Shown in pieces: positions 9,188-19,422 of a stretch of DNA of 64,000 bases. The notes below the pieces were generated by a model that saw only the letters and a program-made list of their open reading frames with translations, did no database searches and was not told where the DNA came from. This stretch comes from Bacillota bacterium (GTDB lineage: Bacteria > Bacillota > JAAYKD01): the NCBI GenBank assembly GCA_963666425.2, contig OY762825.2:1920001-1984000 (forward strand), read 5' to 3'. How positions within the stretch are numbered: the stretch's first letter is position 1; every line of letters starts with the position of its first letter. A program made the position numbers and the translations under genes.

Positions 9188-12027
9188 CAGATCGCCTCCC
9201 TTCGACAGACGGCAAGGTAGCTGCAATTGCTGCAGGTTTCTTTTTTCTTGGGTTTTGCTGTAAAATTGCCGAGACTAATCTGTCGGTCAATCTCCGCCAA
9301 GAGAGCGAGCGTCTCCGCCTGTAAGGTTTGCCAGTTTTCCTGATTGGCAGCTTCCACTAATTTCGGTTGGCCGTCGCTGCCTTTGCCGGGAAAATAATAG
9401 GCAGCCGACAGCGCTTTTTCCGGTCTGAGCGCCTGCCAGACTAACATATAGCAGAGCAGCTGCACATCTTCCAGCGGCTGCGTTTTCAGAATCTGATAAT
9501 TCTCGGCCCGACCGCTCTTATAATCATAGAGCAAAACCTCCGCTTGACCGCTGCTGCTTTGACGCAAATCGACCCGATCGATTTTACCATGCAGTGGGTA
9601 GCGGCAGCCGGGCAAGCGCAGCAAAGCGGCGGGATCATCACCAAATTTCCATTCTTGTAAGAAGGGTCTTGCTTGTTTTTGCTGAAAAAGAGCGGCTTCT
9701 TCTGTTAGCCAAGTGATCATCAGCCGCAGGAAACGCTGTCCTTCCGCCTGCCAAAGCAACGGTGTACTTTCCAACAACTCCGGTTTCTGCCAGAGTTTCT
9801 CTACAATCGGCGCAATCAATTGACGGCAGGCTGCCAAATCGGGAGGGGATGCGGTATAAAGCGGCTGCTGCCAGGCCTTGGTCAGCTCCTCCAGAATGCG
9901 ATGCATCAGAGTCCCCCGATCCAGGGCAGACAATGCGTTCTCAGTGGCCTGAGGCTGCTGCAGCTGCAGCAGATAATTAAGAAAATAAGCGTAAGGACAA
10001 TCCTGGTAACGCAGATAAGAGGAAGGTGAATTGATTAAATCAAGCGGGATCAAAGCGGGGTCAAAATGCAAAGCCTCTACTTTTTCCGCCTGACGCGGCT
10101 GCCGGGCACGTTCTGCCTGTTTTGCTTCCGTGATTGAGACAGTATCTGCCAGGGCAACCTCATAGGGAGAAGCGGGTATGCTTTGAATGCGATAGGCTTC
10201 CGGAAAAGCAAGCTGTAAATGCAGTAAATAAGGCGATGGCGATAAGGCTTCACCGCTGTTGGAGCGCAGGCTATAAGAGAGCAGCAGCTGCTCTTTTGCC
10301 ATCTGCAGACAGCCGCGGAATAAGGCTTCTTCTTTGGCGATCAATCCGCTGATCTCTGGTACAATGAAGCCGCAGGCTCTCAATTCTCGTTTGCTTTCCT
10401 CCTCCAAAATCCAATCGGAAACCGGATAGCGGGGGAAGACGGCGTCATTCAGACCGAGCAGAGCCACTCCGTAAAAATGCTGCCCTCTCAGGGAAGAAGG
10501 GCTGCCCAAACGCACGCCGGCCGGATGACCGAACGGTATCGTCAGCTGAATTCCTTTTAAGATGGTTTTCAGCTCGCTGATATATTCGGCTAAAGTCCAG
10601 CTGCCGTTCTCGAGCAGCAGCGGTGCGGTTGCGGAAAGCTGCTGCATGGCTTGCAGAAAACCCTGCCAGGCAGCCCGCTGCCGTTTCTCCTGCAGCAGGA
10701 AATCCGCTTCCAACAGATCGATCTCTGCTAAGCGATGCAGGTTTTGATCGATTCGGCGGCTTTGCATCAAGTGCAGAATGGCTTCACGGAATTGCTCCGG
10801 TGTGGCGGTTGTGGGCAACTGCGCCAAATCCTGCTGCCATTGCTCTAAATACCTGCGTCCATCCGTAAAAAAAGCCGATGGCAGGATCAGAAAATTGAGC
10901 GCATCCTCTTCCTTGCTCTTTTGTAAGGCGGCTAAGCGGCTGTTGCGGCGCTCAGCTGCTGCCAGACGCGCGAACCAGGCGTCCCAATCACCGGAGAGGC
11001 CCTCGGCACGCCAAAGGCCGGCCAAACGCTGCGCCAAATCAGCTTCTTGGTTGAGCAGCGGCTGCCGCAGTAAAAGCGTCAGATTGAATTGATGCAAGGA
11101 TGCAGCGGCATCCAAGAGCGTCAGCATGGCCTGACAGAAAGGCTGCCGGTTGATCGCTTCCCGGGCAACGCAGCTAAAGGGCAGCGAAGCATCCTGCAGC
11201 GCTTCCATCAGCAAAGGAAAATAAATCGTTTCATCGCGCACCGCCAAACACCAATCCTGCGGCGCGATGCCTTCGGTCAGAGATTGTTTGACACGGCGGA
11301 CCATCTCCCTGGTTTCCCGGCGCAAATCCGGCGCCGCAAAGAAATGCAAGTCCGGTGGGGATTTCCACTGCGCTAAAGCGGGCGGTTCGCTGCAATCAAC
11401 CGCACGGTTGGCTGCCAGCTCCTGCAGTTTCTGTAGGAGCGCTTGTTCTGACTTGTTGAGGTGATAGAGGTAACTTCCTTCTAAAGCCTTTAAATTGCGA
11501 AATAGAGCAGGTATTTCGCCATTCTGCAGCAAATTGAGCAGCAAAAGAGGCTGATCGGCAGCATCGATACAGCCGATGGATTTTTTTCTTTTTTCATATG
11601 CGGTATAGACCGTCGCCAGATCAGTTAAACGTCCTGAATGGACAGCGGCAGCCGCCAGCGTCAGCTGTCGGCAGTCAATACCGTTTTCCTTACAGGTGGT
11701 GATGCTGCGCAGCAAGGACTGGGCAAGACCTTTTTGCTGATCATTAAACTGAAAAGAACGCAGCAAATTCTGCTTGCGCAGTGATTTCAGCAAATCAAGC
11801 AGAATCAGCTCCTGTTCGCGCGGTAAGAGCAGCCGCTCGGTTTGCCCGGCATCCTGCAGCAAACGGGTGGTCAATTGTGCCAGGGTGAAAATGAAACGGG
11901 GGGTTCCCGGTTCCGGGTGACCCAAGCCATCGGCAGCCAGGTGATTTTGAATTTGCAAAATCAGATCCGTTGTCGGCAGCAGGAAGCCGGTATCAGCTAA
12001 AGGGATCCATGGAAAGTGACAGATCAT
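9187..12027 (-). CDS. addB: AddB-like PD-(D/E)XK nuclease subunit
   Basis: Degenerate helicase region, then YQDCPYAYF, GKIDRVD, YDYKSG, CSNCSYLAVC; start chosen after GAGGTG RBS. Confidence 0.85.
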   Translation of the reverse strand: MICHFPWIPLADTGFLLPTTDLILQIQNHLAADGLGHPEPGTPRFIFTLAQLTTRLLQDAGQTERLLLPREQELILLDLLKSLRKQNLLRSFQFNDQQKGLAQSLLRSITTCKENGIDCRQLTLAAAAVHSGRLTDLATVYTAYEKRKKSIGCIDAADQPLLLLNLLQNGEIPALFRNLKALEGSYLYHLNKSEQALLQKLQELAANRAVDCSEPPALAQWKSPPDLHFFAAPDLRRETREMVRRVKQSLTEGIAPQDWCLAVRDETIYFPLLMEALQDASLPFSCVAREAINRQPFCQAMLTLLDAAASLHQFNLTLLLRQPLLNQEADLAQRLAGLWRAEGLSGDWDAWFARLAAAERRNSRLAALQKSKEEDALNFLILPSAFFTDGRRYLEQWQQDLAQLPTTATPEQFREAILHLMQSRRIDQNLHRLAEIDLLEADFLLQEKRQRAAWQGFLQAMQQLSATAPLLLENGSWTLAEYISELKTILKGIQLTIPFGHPAGVRLGSPSSLRGQHFYGVALLGLNDAVFPRYPVSDWILEEESKRELRACGFIVPEISGLIAKEEALFRGCLQMAKEQLLLSYSLRSNSGEALSPSPYLLHLQLAFPEAYRIQSIPASPYEVALADTVSITEAKQAERARQPRQAEKVEALHFDPALIPLDLINSPSSYLRYQDCPYAYFLNYLLQLQQPQATENALSALDRGTLMHRILEELTKAWQQPLYTASPPDLAACRQLIAPIVEKLWQKPELLESTPLLWQAEGQRFLRLMITWLTEEAALFQQKQARPFLQEWKFGDDPAALLRLPGCRYPLHGKIDRVDLRQSSSGQAEVLLYDYKSGRAENYQILKTQPLEDVQLLCYMLVWQALRPEKALSAAYYFPGKGSDGQPKLVEAANQENWQTLQAETLALLAEIDRQISLGNFTAKPKKKETCSNCSYLAVCRREAI

Positions 12028-12240
12028 GCCAAAACACCTCATCAATCCATTCTTTTCTGCTCTGGTCTTTGCTCGATTCATCATTTAATGCATATTTCCA
12101 CAATGATTGCAGGGATCCCTTGTCGTGGTTTGCAGGATTTAGCTGCGCTGAATTTTCCGCTTGTAAGTGCTCTGCAGGTGTGATATATTACGGTTTATGA
12201 AAAGTGTTCGAAACGATTGACATTGAAGGAGGTGCCAGAT

Positions 12241-13728
12241 TTGATACGCAAGGGTTTTGATAATGATCTGTATATTGAGCGGCAGTCACGGGAAATCCGC
12301 AATCGAATTGAGAAATTTGGCGGCAAACTCTATCTGGAATTTGGCGGCAAACTGTTTGACGATTACCATGCAGCCAGAGTACTGCCCGGTTTCAAACCGG
12401 ACAGCAAATTGCAAATGCTCAAATCCATCAATGATCAAGTGGAAATCATCGTTGTGATCAAAGCCGGGGATATTGAGAGCAATAAAATCAGAGGTGATTT
12501 GGGCATCACCTATGATGCGGATGTGCTGCGTCTGATCGACGCGTTCCGCGGCATTGGTTTGTATGTGGGCAGCGTTGTCATCACGCAGTTCAATGGACAG
12601 GCTGCGGCAAAACTGTTTAAGCGTCAACTGAATCGGCTGGGAGTGCCGGTGTTTTTGCACTACAGTATCGAAGGATATCCACTGAACGTTTCGCATATCG
12701 TCAGCGACAATGGCTTTGGCCGCAATGAATACATTGAAACCAGTCGGCCTTTGGTGGTTGTTACCGCACCCGGACCGGGCAGCGGTAAAATGGCAACCTG
12801 TTTATCGCAGCTGTATCACGAACATAAGCGCGGCTGCATCGCCGGCTATGCAAAATTTGAAACATTCCCGATCTGGAACCTGCCGTTAAAACATCCGATC
12901 AATTTGGCGTACGAAGCGGCTACGGTCAATCTCAACGATGTCAATATGATCGACCCTTATCATTTGGATGCTTATGGCATTACGACGGTCAACTATAATC
13001 GCGATGTGGAAGTTTTTCCGGTCCTGCGCACCATGTTTGAAAGAATCAGCGGCGAGTGCCCTTATAAATCTCCCACCGATATGGGGGTCAATATGGCAGG
13101 ATTCTGTATCTTTGATGACCAGGCGGTCAGTGCTGCTGCCAAGGACGAAATCATCCGTCGCTATTATGAGATAGCCGCTTTGCGCCGCAAAGGTGCTCTG
13201 CCGGAAGAAGCGATGCATAAGATTGAACTGCTGATGAATCAGGCGAACGTTACTTTGAATGATCGGCCTGTGGTCACTGCCGCGTTGAAACGCTCGAAAG
13301 AAACGCAGAATCAACCGGCGATGGCAATTGAGCTGCCGGATGGACGAATTGTGACCGGTAAAACTTCCGAACTGCTGGGCGCTTCCTCGGCAGCCTTGCT
13401 CAATGCCATCAAAGCGCTGAGCAATGTCAAGAAAGAGATCAAATTGATTGAACCGGAAGTCATCCGCCCCATCCAAACGCTGAAAACGGGGATCATGGGA
13501 GATCAGAACCCCCGTCTGCACAGCGATGAAGTCCTGATTGCCTTATCGATCAGTGCGGTCAGCAGCGAAGCGGCCAGAACGGCTGTCGGTAAACTGCCGG
13601 AACTGCATGGCTGCGAAGCGCATTCCACGGTGCTGCTATCTCAGGTTGATGAGACAGTCTACCGGAAATTAGGTTTGAATCTGACCTGTGAACCGATTTA
13701 CAGCAGCAATAAACTCTATCATAAATAA
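12241..13728 (+). CDS. DUF1846 domain-containing P-loop protein
   Basis: KLYLEFGGKLFDDYHAARVLPGF, APGPGSGKMATCLSQLYHE, PTDMGVNMAG signatures; TTG start after AGGAGG. Confidence 0.92.
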   Translation: MIRKGFDNDLYIERQSREIRNRIEKFGGKLYLEFGGKLFDDYHAARVLPGFKPDSKLQMLKSINDQVEIIVVIKAGDIESNKIRGDLGITYDADVLRLIDAFRGIGLYVGSVVITQFNGQAAAKLFKRQLNRLGVPVFLHYSIEGYPLNVSHIVSDNGFGRNEYIETSRPLVVVTAPGPGSGKMATCLSQLYHEHKRGCIAGYAKFETFPIWNLPLKHPINLAYEAATVNLNDVNMIDPYHLDAYGITTVNYNRDVEVFPVLRTMFERISGECPYKSPTDMGVNMAGFCIFDDQAVSAAAKDEIIRRYYEIAALRRKGALPEEAMHKIELLMNQANVTLNDRPVVTAALKRSKETQNQPAMAIELPDGRIVTGKTSELLGASSAALLNAIKALSNVKKEIKLIEPEVIRPIQTLKTGIMGDQNPRLHSDEVLIALSISAVSSEAARTAVGKLPELHGCEAHSTVLLSQVDETVYRKLGLNLTCEPIYSSNKLYHK

Positions 13729-13730
13729 AT

Positions 13731-13776
13731 AAAACGGAGCCGCGGCAAACTCAAAAATGCCGTGGCTCCGTTTTTG
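13731..13776. terminator. Bidirectional intrinsic terminator
   Basis: AAAACGGAGCCGCGGCA...TGCCGTGGCTCCGTTTTT between convergent genes. Confidence 0.85.
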
Positions 13777-13782
13777 TTCTGC

Positions 13783-15057
13783 CTATTTACTTGGTTGATC
13801 ATATTTCCGAAAGGCCCACCAATAAAAGACCGAGGCGGCGAAGTAGAGGGCGCAGGTAAAATAATACGGCGAAGAATTACCCCAAGCATCCATCATGATA
13901 CCACCCAGAATCTGACTGGCGCTGCGTGCCAGCGAATCCCCCATGTTCATGGTGGAACTTGCCGTGGCCCGCATATCGCTTGGTACAATCTCCATGGCAA
14001 AAGAAGTGGAAATCGGGGAGGACATATTCATTAAAGCCGTGCGGACCCAATAGAGAATGGTTACGACGATGATGTTGGGAGCCAGAGAAATGGTCAGCAA
14101 AGCCGGAATGGAAAGCACCTGCGTGATCAGGACGGAATTGATCCGGCCGAGTTTCCGCACCAGCCAGGGGCTGCAGAGAACCGCTCCGGTTAAAGCAACC
14201 CGGGAACCCATGGTAATAAAGCTGATTTCTCCGGCAGAAGCGCCTAAGGAATCGCTTAAGAAGACATTGAAAAAGGAGACGGTCATGCCGGCGCCGGCGC
14301 CGATCATAAAGCGATAGATCGTCAGATTGCGCAAATTTTGATCTTTGACAATGGTTGTCAGATCGGAAAAGACGTTGTGACGTTTGGAGGGTTGGAAGTT
14401 ATCTTCTTTCACCATGGCCATCGGGATGGCGGACAAGGCTAAGAAAATCGTCGAAAAAGCCAGGGCTAAGCGGAGCTGTGATACTTCCAAAAAATCAGTC
14501 CAACCCATTGCCTGCGCAAAAAAGGCCAAGAGCATGGGAAACACGCCGGCTAAAGCGGAGCCGCCCACGGAAGCGACGGTTTGTAAGGCTTGGTTGACGG
14601 AGAAAAGATGGATGCGTTCTTCCGGTTTGCTGTTTTCCATCAGAAAGGGATTCTGCACCACCGCTTTGAAAGTAGAACCGATACCCTTGGAAAAACTGAC
14701 AAAGAGCAGGATGGCTGGGTTTAAAAAGGTGACTTCAGCCAACGTTGCAATGGTGTTCAGGCCAATCGACCACATGACTGATTTTTTGCGGCCGACCCGA
14801 TCGGCAATTACCCCGATAGGAATTGCGGCAATCGCCGCTGCCAAGGTGTTCATGGCCATATAAGTGCCGATGTAGGATTTACTGAAACCGAGCTTTAAAA
14901 AGTAAACATTCAGAATCGTGGAACCAACACCCAGGCAAATTTGAGTGGAAGCGTGACTGAGCAGGAATAGTTTGGCATTGCGGCTGAAAGAACGGATTTT
15001 ACTAAAATAGCTGCTGCCGTCGTCAAACTGTGCCTGATCTGAGGGACTGACTGACAT
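13783..15057 (-). CDS. MFS transporter
   Basis: About 12 hydrophobic segments; motif A GVIADRVGRKK; AGGAGG RBS before ATG 15057. Confidence 0.9.
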   Translation of the reverse strand: MSVSPSDQAQFDDGSSYFSKIRSFSRNAKLFLLSHASTQICLGVGSTILNVYFLKLGFSKSYIGTYMAMNTLAAAIAAIPIGVIADRVGRKKSVMWSIGLNTIATLAEVTFLNPAILLFVSFSKGIGSTFKAVVQNPFLMENSKPEERIHLFSVNQALQTVASVGGSALAGVFPMLLAFFAQAMGWTDFLEVSQLRLALAFSTIFLALSAIPMAMVKEDNFQPSKRHNVFSDLTTIVKDQNLRNLTIYRFMIGAGAGMTVSFFNVFLSDSLGASAGEISFITMGSRVALTGAVLCSPWLVRKLGRINSVLITQVLSIPALLTISLAPNIIVVTILYWVRTALMNMSSPISTSFAMEIVPSDMRATASSTMNMGDSLARSASQILGGIMMDAWGNSSPYYFTCALYFAASVFYWWAFRKYDQPSK

Positions 15058-15288
15058 GAAAAAACCTCCTATACCATCAGCCGATCGCAGGAAGCGCCCT
15101 GGATCCGCCAAAAAGATATCGAATAAATAGTGATTCGAAAAAACAGAGCGGCGATCAAAGCCGCGCTATGCTGATTAATTAGTTCGCTACACGAAACGAA
15201 AAACCTTTTCCACAGCGGACAAATTCAATATCCAACATCAGCCTTCTCAGTGCTACCGCAATTTATAGGAAAATACCGGGCTATTCAC

Positions 15289-15317
15289 TTGCTAAAAAGA
15301 TGAAAATAAGGTATACT
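15289..15317 (+). promoter_or_regulatory. Sigma-A promoter of tRNA-Asp
   Basis: TTGCTA-N17-TATACT, 20 nt upstream of the tRNA. Confidence 0.7.
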
Positions 15318-15337
15318 GTTTTCTGTTCAAGCAATAT

Positions 15338-15414
15338 GGAACTGTGGTGTAGCGGCCTAACATGCCTGCCTGTCACGCAGGAGATCGACGGTTCAAATCC
15401 GTTCAGTTCCGCCA
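15338..15414 (+). tRNA. tRNA-Asp (GTC)
   Basis: Acceptor stem GGAACTG/CAGTTCC, anticodon arm CCTGC-CTGTCAC-GCAGG, T-loop GTTCAAATC, discriminator G and encoded CCA; 77 nt. Confidence 0.97.
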
Positions 15415-15450
15415 AAAACGCTCAAGGTTGAAAAACCTTGGGCGTTTTGT
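15415..15450 (+). terminator. Intrinsic terminator after tRNA
   Basis: AAAACGCTCAAGGTT-GAAA-AACCTTGGGCGTTTT hairpin. Confidence 0.8.
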
Positions 15451-15520
15451 CTCGTTAGCTGACAGGTGAACCATATTATGATATAATAAAACATGAGAAA
15501 AACGAAAAGGAGTGGTTGAT

Positions 15521-16060
15521 GTGAAATTGCTGATTATTTCCGGAACACCGAAAAAAGAAGGACTTTGCGTTTCGTTTATTCAGGCTGCCCAGGCAGCCGG
15601 CCAAAATAGCTGTGATCTGGTTTCACTGAGCGATTTAAAACTGGAAAGCTGCCGCGTCTGCAACGAGGGTTGGGGTCAATGCCGCACGGAGCACACCTGT
15701 ATCATCAACGATGGTTTCAATGAACTGAAAGCTTCTATGGCAAATTACGATGGCTTTCTCTTTGTCACACCGGTCTATTGGGGAGAAGTCAGCGAACCAA
15801 TGAAACTCTTTCTTGACCGTCTCAGACGCTGTGAAGCATCTCATCGGGAAGAAAGTATCCTGAAAGATAAAAAATGTCTGCTCGTCGCCAGCGCCGGCGG
15901 TTCCGGCAACGGAACGCTGAGCTGCCTGGAAGAATTACAGCGGGCTGTAACGCATATGGGCGGCAAAGTGTTTGACTACTTCAGTATGAATCGTTGGAAT
16001 GCCGACTACAAGCGGGAAGCGCTGGTCAACGCAGTGGAATTGATGTTAAAGGACAACTAA
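15521..16060 (+). CDS. Flavodoxin family / NADPH-dependent FMN reductase (iron-sulfur flavoprotein-like)
   Basis: SGTPKKEG, CRVC..GWGQC....CIIND, TPVYWG motifs. Confidence 0.88.
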   Translation: MKLLIISGTPKKEGLCVSFIQAAQAAGQNSCDLVSLSDLKLESCRVCNEGWGQCRTEHTCIINDGFNELKASMANYDGFLFVTPVYWGEVSEPMKLFLDRLRRCEASHREESILKDKKCLLVASAGGSGNGTLSCLEELQRAVTHMGGKVFDYFSMNRWNADYKREALVNAVELMLKDN

Positions 16061-16220
16061 AAACAAGCCAATTGGAGCAATTAAAAAAGACTTTTTGCAG
16101 TGATGTGAAAAGTCTTTTTTTTAAACGAAACTTTACTTTTTCGGCAGCCGGAACCGTATGCTTGGCAAAAGGAGATTAGGCTAAACTTCGCGAATCAATG
16201 GAACATCAATTGAAAAAGAG

Positions 16221-17249
16221 GTGAGAGCCGAGATGCCTACCACAACCTATAAATGCCCTGCCTGCGGTGGAGGTTTGGTTTATAATCCCGAAATTTCAAA
16301 GTTCAGCTGCGATTATTGCGGCAGTACTTTTGAAGAAAAGCAACTGACTGACAAGCTGCAGGATCAATCCGCTGCGGTAGAACACAGTGTGATCTATTCC
16401 TGTCCCAGCTGCGGCGCTGAGATCGTGACCGATGAAACCACGGCAGCGACTTTCTGTTATTATTGTCATAACCCGGTGGTCTTGTCGGGGCGTTTAGCCG
16501 GTGAATTTCATCCCGATTTTGTTTTGCCTTTTACCGTCAGTAAAGAAGCGGCGAAGGCTGCTTTTCTGCAATGGATTGGCAAAAAACGTTATGTACCCAA
16601 GCGATTTTACGATGATGAAAATCTCGAAAAAATCAGTGGGGTCTACTATCCCTATTGGCTGGCGGATTACCAATTGGCAGGTTCCTTTGACGGGGAAGGC
16701 ACCCAGGTGAACAGTGTAGTCACACCGATGGAGACGATTGTTACCACCAAACATTACGATGTCGGTCGGCAAGGGACGCTGGAATTTCATGAGATCGAAC
16801 GCAGTGCCCTGCAAAAAGCGGATCGTAAATTAGCGGACGGCGTGCATCCCTACAATCTGGCAGAAATGAAAGAATTTTCCGAAACTTATCTTTCCGGTTT
16901 TCAAGCAGAAAAACGTGACATTGATAATGCCGAGCTGCACGAATCGGTGGAAGCCGAACTCAAACAATATGCGCGGCCGCTGCTGACGCGAGATCTCAAT
17001 TATAGTTCACTGAGCGGTAACGTCAGCACCGCAGTCCGTAAAGCGGAGTTTAAGTATGCCTTGCTGCCGGCCTGGATCATTACTTATCACGATCAGGCAG
17101 GTCGGCTTTTCTACTATAGCATGAACGGTCAAACGCAGGCTACTTGCGGTATCCTGCCGTTGGACACCGGAAAATTGCTGCGGGACTGTCTGCTGTTGGC
17201 CTTTGTTATCGCAGCGTTGCTCTGTGCGGGAGGGTATTTCTTATGGTAA
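16221..17249 (+). CDS. Double zinc-ribbon membrane-anchored protein
   Basis: CPACGG...CDYCG and CPSCGA...CYYC ribbons, YYPYW motif, C-terminal TM helix. Confidence 0.85.
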   Translation: MRAEMPTTTYKCPACGGGLVYNPEISKFSCDYCGSTFEEKQLTDKLQDQSAAVEHSVIYSCPSCGAEIVTDETTAATFCYYCHNPVVLSGRLAGEFHPDFVLPFTVSKEAAKAAFLQWIGKKRYVPKRFYDDENLEKISGVYYPYWLADYQLAGSFDGEGTQVNSVVTPMETIVTTKHYDVGRQGTLEFHEIERSALQKADRKLADGVHPYNLAEMKEFSETYLSGFQAEKRDIDNAELHESVEAELKQYARPLLTRDLNYSSLSGNVSTAVRKAEFKYALLPAWIITYHDQAGRLFYYSMNGQTQATCGILPLDTGKLLRDCLLLAFVIAALLCAGGYFLW

Positions 17250-18130
17250 AGTATTTACGGCACGGACTCTGCTGGACGCTTGGCTTGGTTTTTCTGCTGC
17301 TTTTAGGGCAGACGGTACTGGCAGCGGATCTCGCTTCCGGCAGCGCACGGGTTTTTGATCAAGCCAATTTATTCACTCCCACCCAAGAGCAAACCCTTGA
17401 GCAGGAGATCAGCAAACTGCGCACGGCGATCAAGATGGATGTTGTTGTCTTGACCAGTACAGGCGCCAAATACAGCGCCAATGACAGTCAGGCTGAAAAA
17501 AACGGCATGGCATTCGCCGATGATTTTTACGATCAAAACGGCTTTGGCAGCGGCGAAGCGAAGAGCGGCCTGATCTATTTTATTGATATGTCAAACCGGA
17601 TGCCGATTATTACGACCTGCGGTGCGATGATCAATTATATTACCGATGCCCGGCTGGAAATCATGCTGGATGCAGCCTGGCAGCCTTTGGCTGACAGTGA
17701 TTTTGTCGCTTCGGTCAGCAGTATTCTGCAAAATACAAAAAAGTACGTTGATAGCGGCATCCCGGAAGGACAGTATCAATATGATACAGAAACCGGGATG
17801 CCCACCACCACGCCTCACAAGGTGCTGACCATTGCAGAAGCGGGTCTCGCCGTCGGAGTTGGCGCCGTGGCGGCGGCCATCCTTTACTTTGCCGTGCGTG
17901 CTACCTATCAATTGAAAGGCAGCACCTATCATTATGATCTCAGCGAACACTCTTCTGTGCAGATCACCGGCAGCAAAGATGAGTATCTGCGCACCTCGAT
18001 CAGCCGCATTCCCAGACCGCGCCCACCGGTCAATCGCGGCGGCGGCGGGGGATTTGGCGGCAATCGCAGCGGCACGCATATTTCCGGCGGTGGTGTGACG
18101 CACGGCGGCGGCGGCGGACGGCGCTTCTAG
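17243..18130 (+). CDS. TPM domain-containing membrane protein with Gly-rich tail
   Basis: Signal peptide, RVFDQANLF, FADDFYD, one TM helix, terminal HGGGGGRRF. Confidence 0.88.
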   Translation: MVKYLRHGLCWTLGLVFLLLLGQTVLAADLASGSARVFDQANLFTPTQEQTLEQEISKLRTAIKMDVVVLTSTGAKYSANDSQAEKNGMAFADDFYDQNGFGSGEAKSGLIYFIDMSNRMPIITTCGAMINYITDARLEIMLDAAWQPLADSDFVASVSSILQNTKKYVDSGIPEGQYQYDTETGMPTTTPHKVLTIAEAGLAVGVGAVAAAILYFAVRATYQLKGSTYHYDLSEHSSVQITGSKDEYLRTSISRIPRPRPPVNRGGGGGFGGNRSGTHISGGGVTHGGGGGRRF

Positions 18131-18231
18131 AACCAAAGAAAAACTTGGTAATTGACCTGCAACAGAAAAAGGCAGCCGACGATGAAAACCGTCAGCTGCC
18201 TTTTTTACAGTTTGCCAGGATCAAGAAAAGA

Positions 18232-19368
18232 TTAGAGCGATTGACCGATCCGCAGCAGACGCATAATGCGTTCCGCGGTGGCTTCAATCAAGATTTCGGC
18301 TTGCCGCATGGATTCCTGCAGAGAGATGGGACCGTTGGCGATGCTGAGTAGGGCATCAATTCCCTGTGCATAGACTGCTTCGGCACCGTCGGCGATGCAG
18401 CCGGTGATGGCGACGACGGGCACCTGCCTTTGCTTTGCCCTGGCAGCTACACCGACCGGCACTTTGCCAAACACTGTCTGGCTGTCAATGCGGCCTTCGC
18501 CGGTGATGACGAGATCGGTGCTTTGCAGCAGGCTGTCAAAATCGGCTAAATCCAACATCACATCAATGCCGCGCTGAATTTTGCCGTTGCCGAAAGCCAT
18601 TAAGGCCAGGGCGGCTCCGCCAGCCGCTCCCGCTCCGGGCAGAACAGCAAGATCGAGACCTAACTGCGTTTGCAGCAGAGAAGCATAATGCAAAAGCGCC
18701 GCATCCAACTGCAGTACCTGCAGCGGAGAAGCGCCTTTCTGCGGTCCGAAAATCGCGCTGGCGCCCTGCGGACCGCAAAGCGGATTATTCACATCGCAGG
18801 CGATGATGACTTCGGTGGCTGCGAAACGCTTGTCCAAACCGCTGAGATCAATCCGATGCAGGTTAGCCAACGCGGCTCCCCCTTCAGGCAGCAAACAGCC
18901 GAGTTGATCGTAAAACCGAACGCCCAAGGCGCTGGCCAGACCCATGCCACCGTCATTGGTGGCGCTGCCGCCCAAGCCGATGATCAGTCGGCGGCAGCCC
19001 AGATCGAGCGCCGCAGCAATCAATTGACCCGTGCCATAAGTGGAAGTCCGCAGCGGATCGAGACGCTCTTGGCTGAGCAAGGTCAAACCGGAGGCTGCTG
19101 CCAATTCCACCACACCGGTCCCGTCGGGCAAGACGGCAAAAACCGCCTCGGTTGCATCACCGAGCGGACCGCGTACCAACCGGTGATGCAGTACGCCGGA
19201 TAAACCTTCGCTTAAGGCAAGGCAGGTACCTTCGCCGCCATCGGCAATCGGCACGATCGTTATATGGGCAGCCAGATCGACTTTGGCGATTCCCCGTGCC
19301 ACGGCGCGGGCGGCTTCCAGCGTCGTGCAGCTGCCTTTGAAGGAATCAACGGCTACAATAATATGCAA
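18232..19368 (-). CDS. Glycerate kinase
   Basis: DSFKGS, ADGGEGT, GGSATNDGG, GAGAAGG, TGEGRIDSQT motifs. Confidence 0.95.
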   Translation of the reverse strand: MHIIVAVDSFKGSCTTLEAARAVARGIAKVDLAAHITIVPIADGGEGTCLALSEGLSGVLHHRLVRGPLGDATEAVFAVLPDGTGVVELAAASGLTLLSQERLDPLRTSTYGTGQLIAAALDLGCRRLIIGLGGSATNDGGMGLASALGVRFYDQLGCLLPEGGAALANLHRIDLSGLDKRFAATEVIIACDVNNPLCGPQGASAIFGPQKGASPLQVLQLDAALLHYASLLQTQLGLDLAVLPGAGAAGGAALALMAFGNGKIQRGIDVMLDLADFDSLLQSTDLVITGEGRIDSQTVFGKVPVGVAARAKQRQVPVVAITGCIADGAEAVYAQGIDALLSIANGPISLQESMRQAEILIEATAERIMRLLRIGQSL

Positions 19369-19422
19369 GGTGCTTTTCCTCCCCTCGATTCGCGGCTTTT
19401 CATTGGTTTTAGCCGGCGGCAG

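Noticed and set aside
15060-15290. Possible riboswitch or T-box in the MFS leader
   Set aside because: Only a weak hairpin with a T-tract; no recognisable aptamer or T-box consensus.
15338-15450. tRNA-Asp as an integration site for a genomic island or prophage
   Set aside because: No integrase in the window and no duplicated tRNA 3' end noticed.
17591-18136. Long antisense ORFs (also 35916..36680, 41242..42018, 51250..51891 and others)
   Set aside because: They overlap well-supported genes on the opposite strand and have no recognisable motifs.
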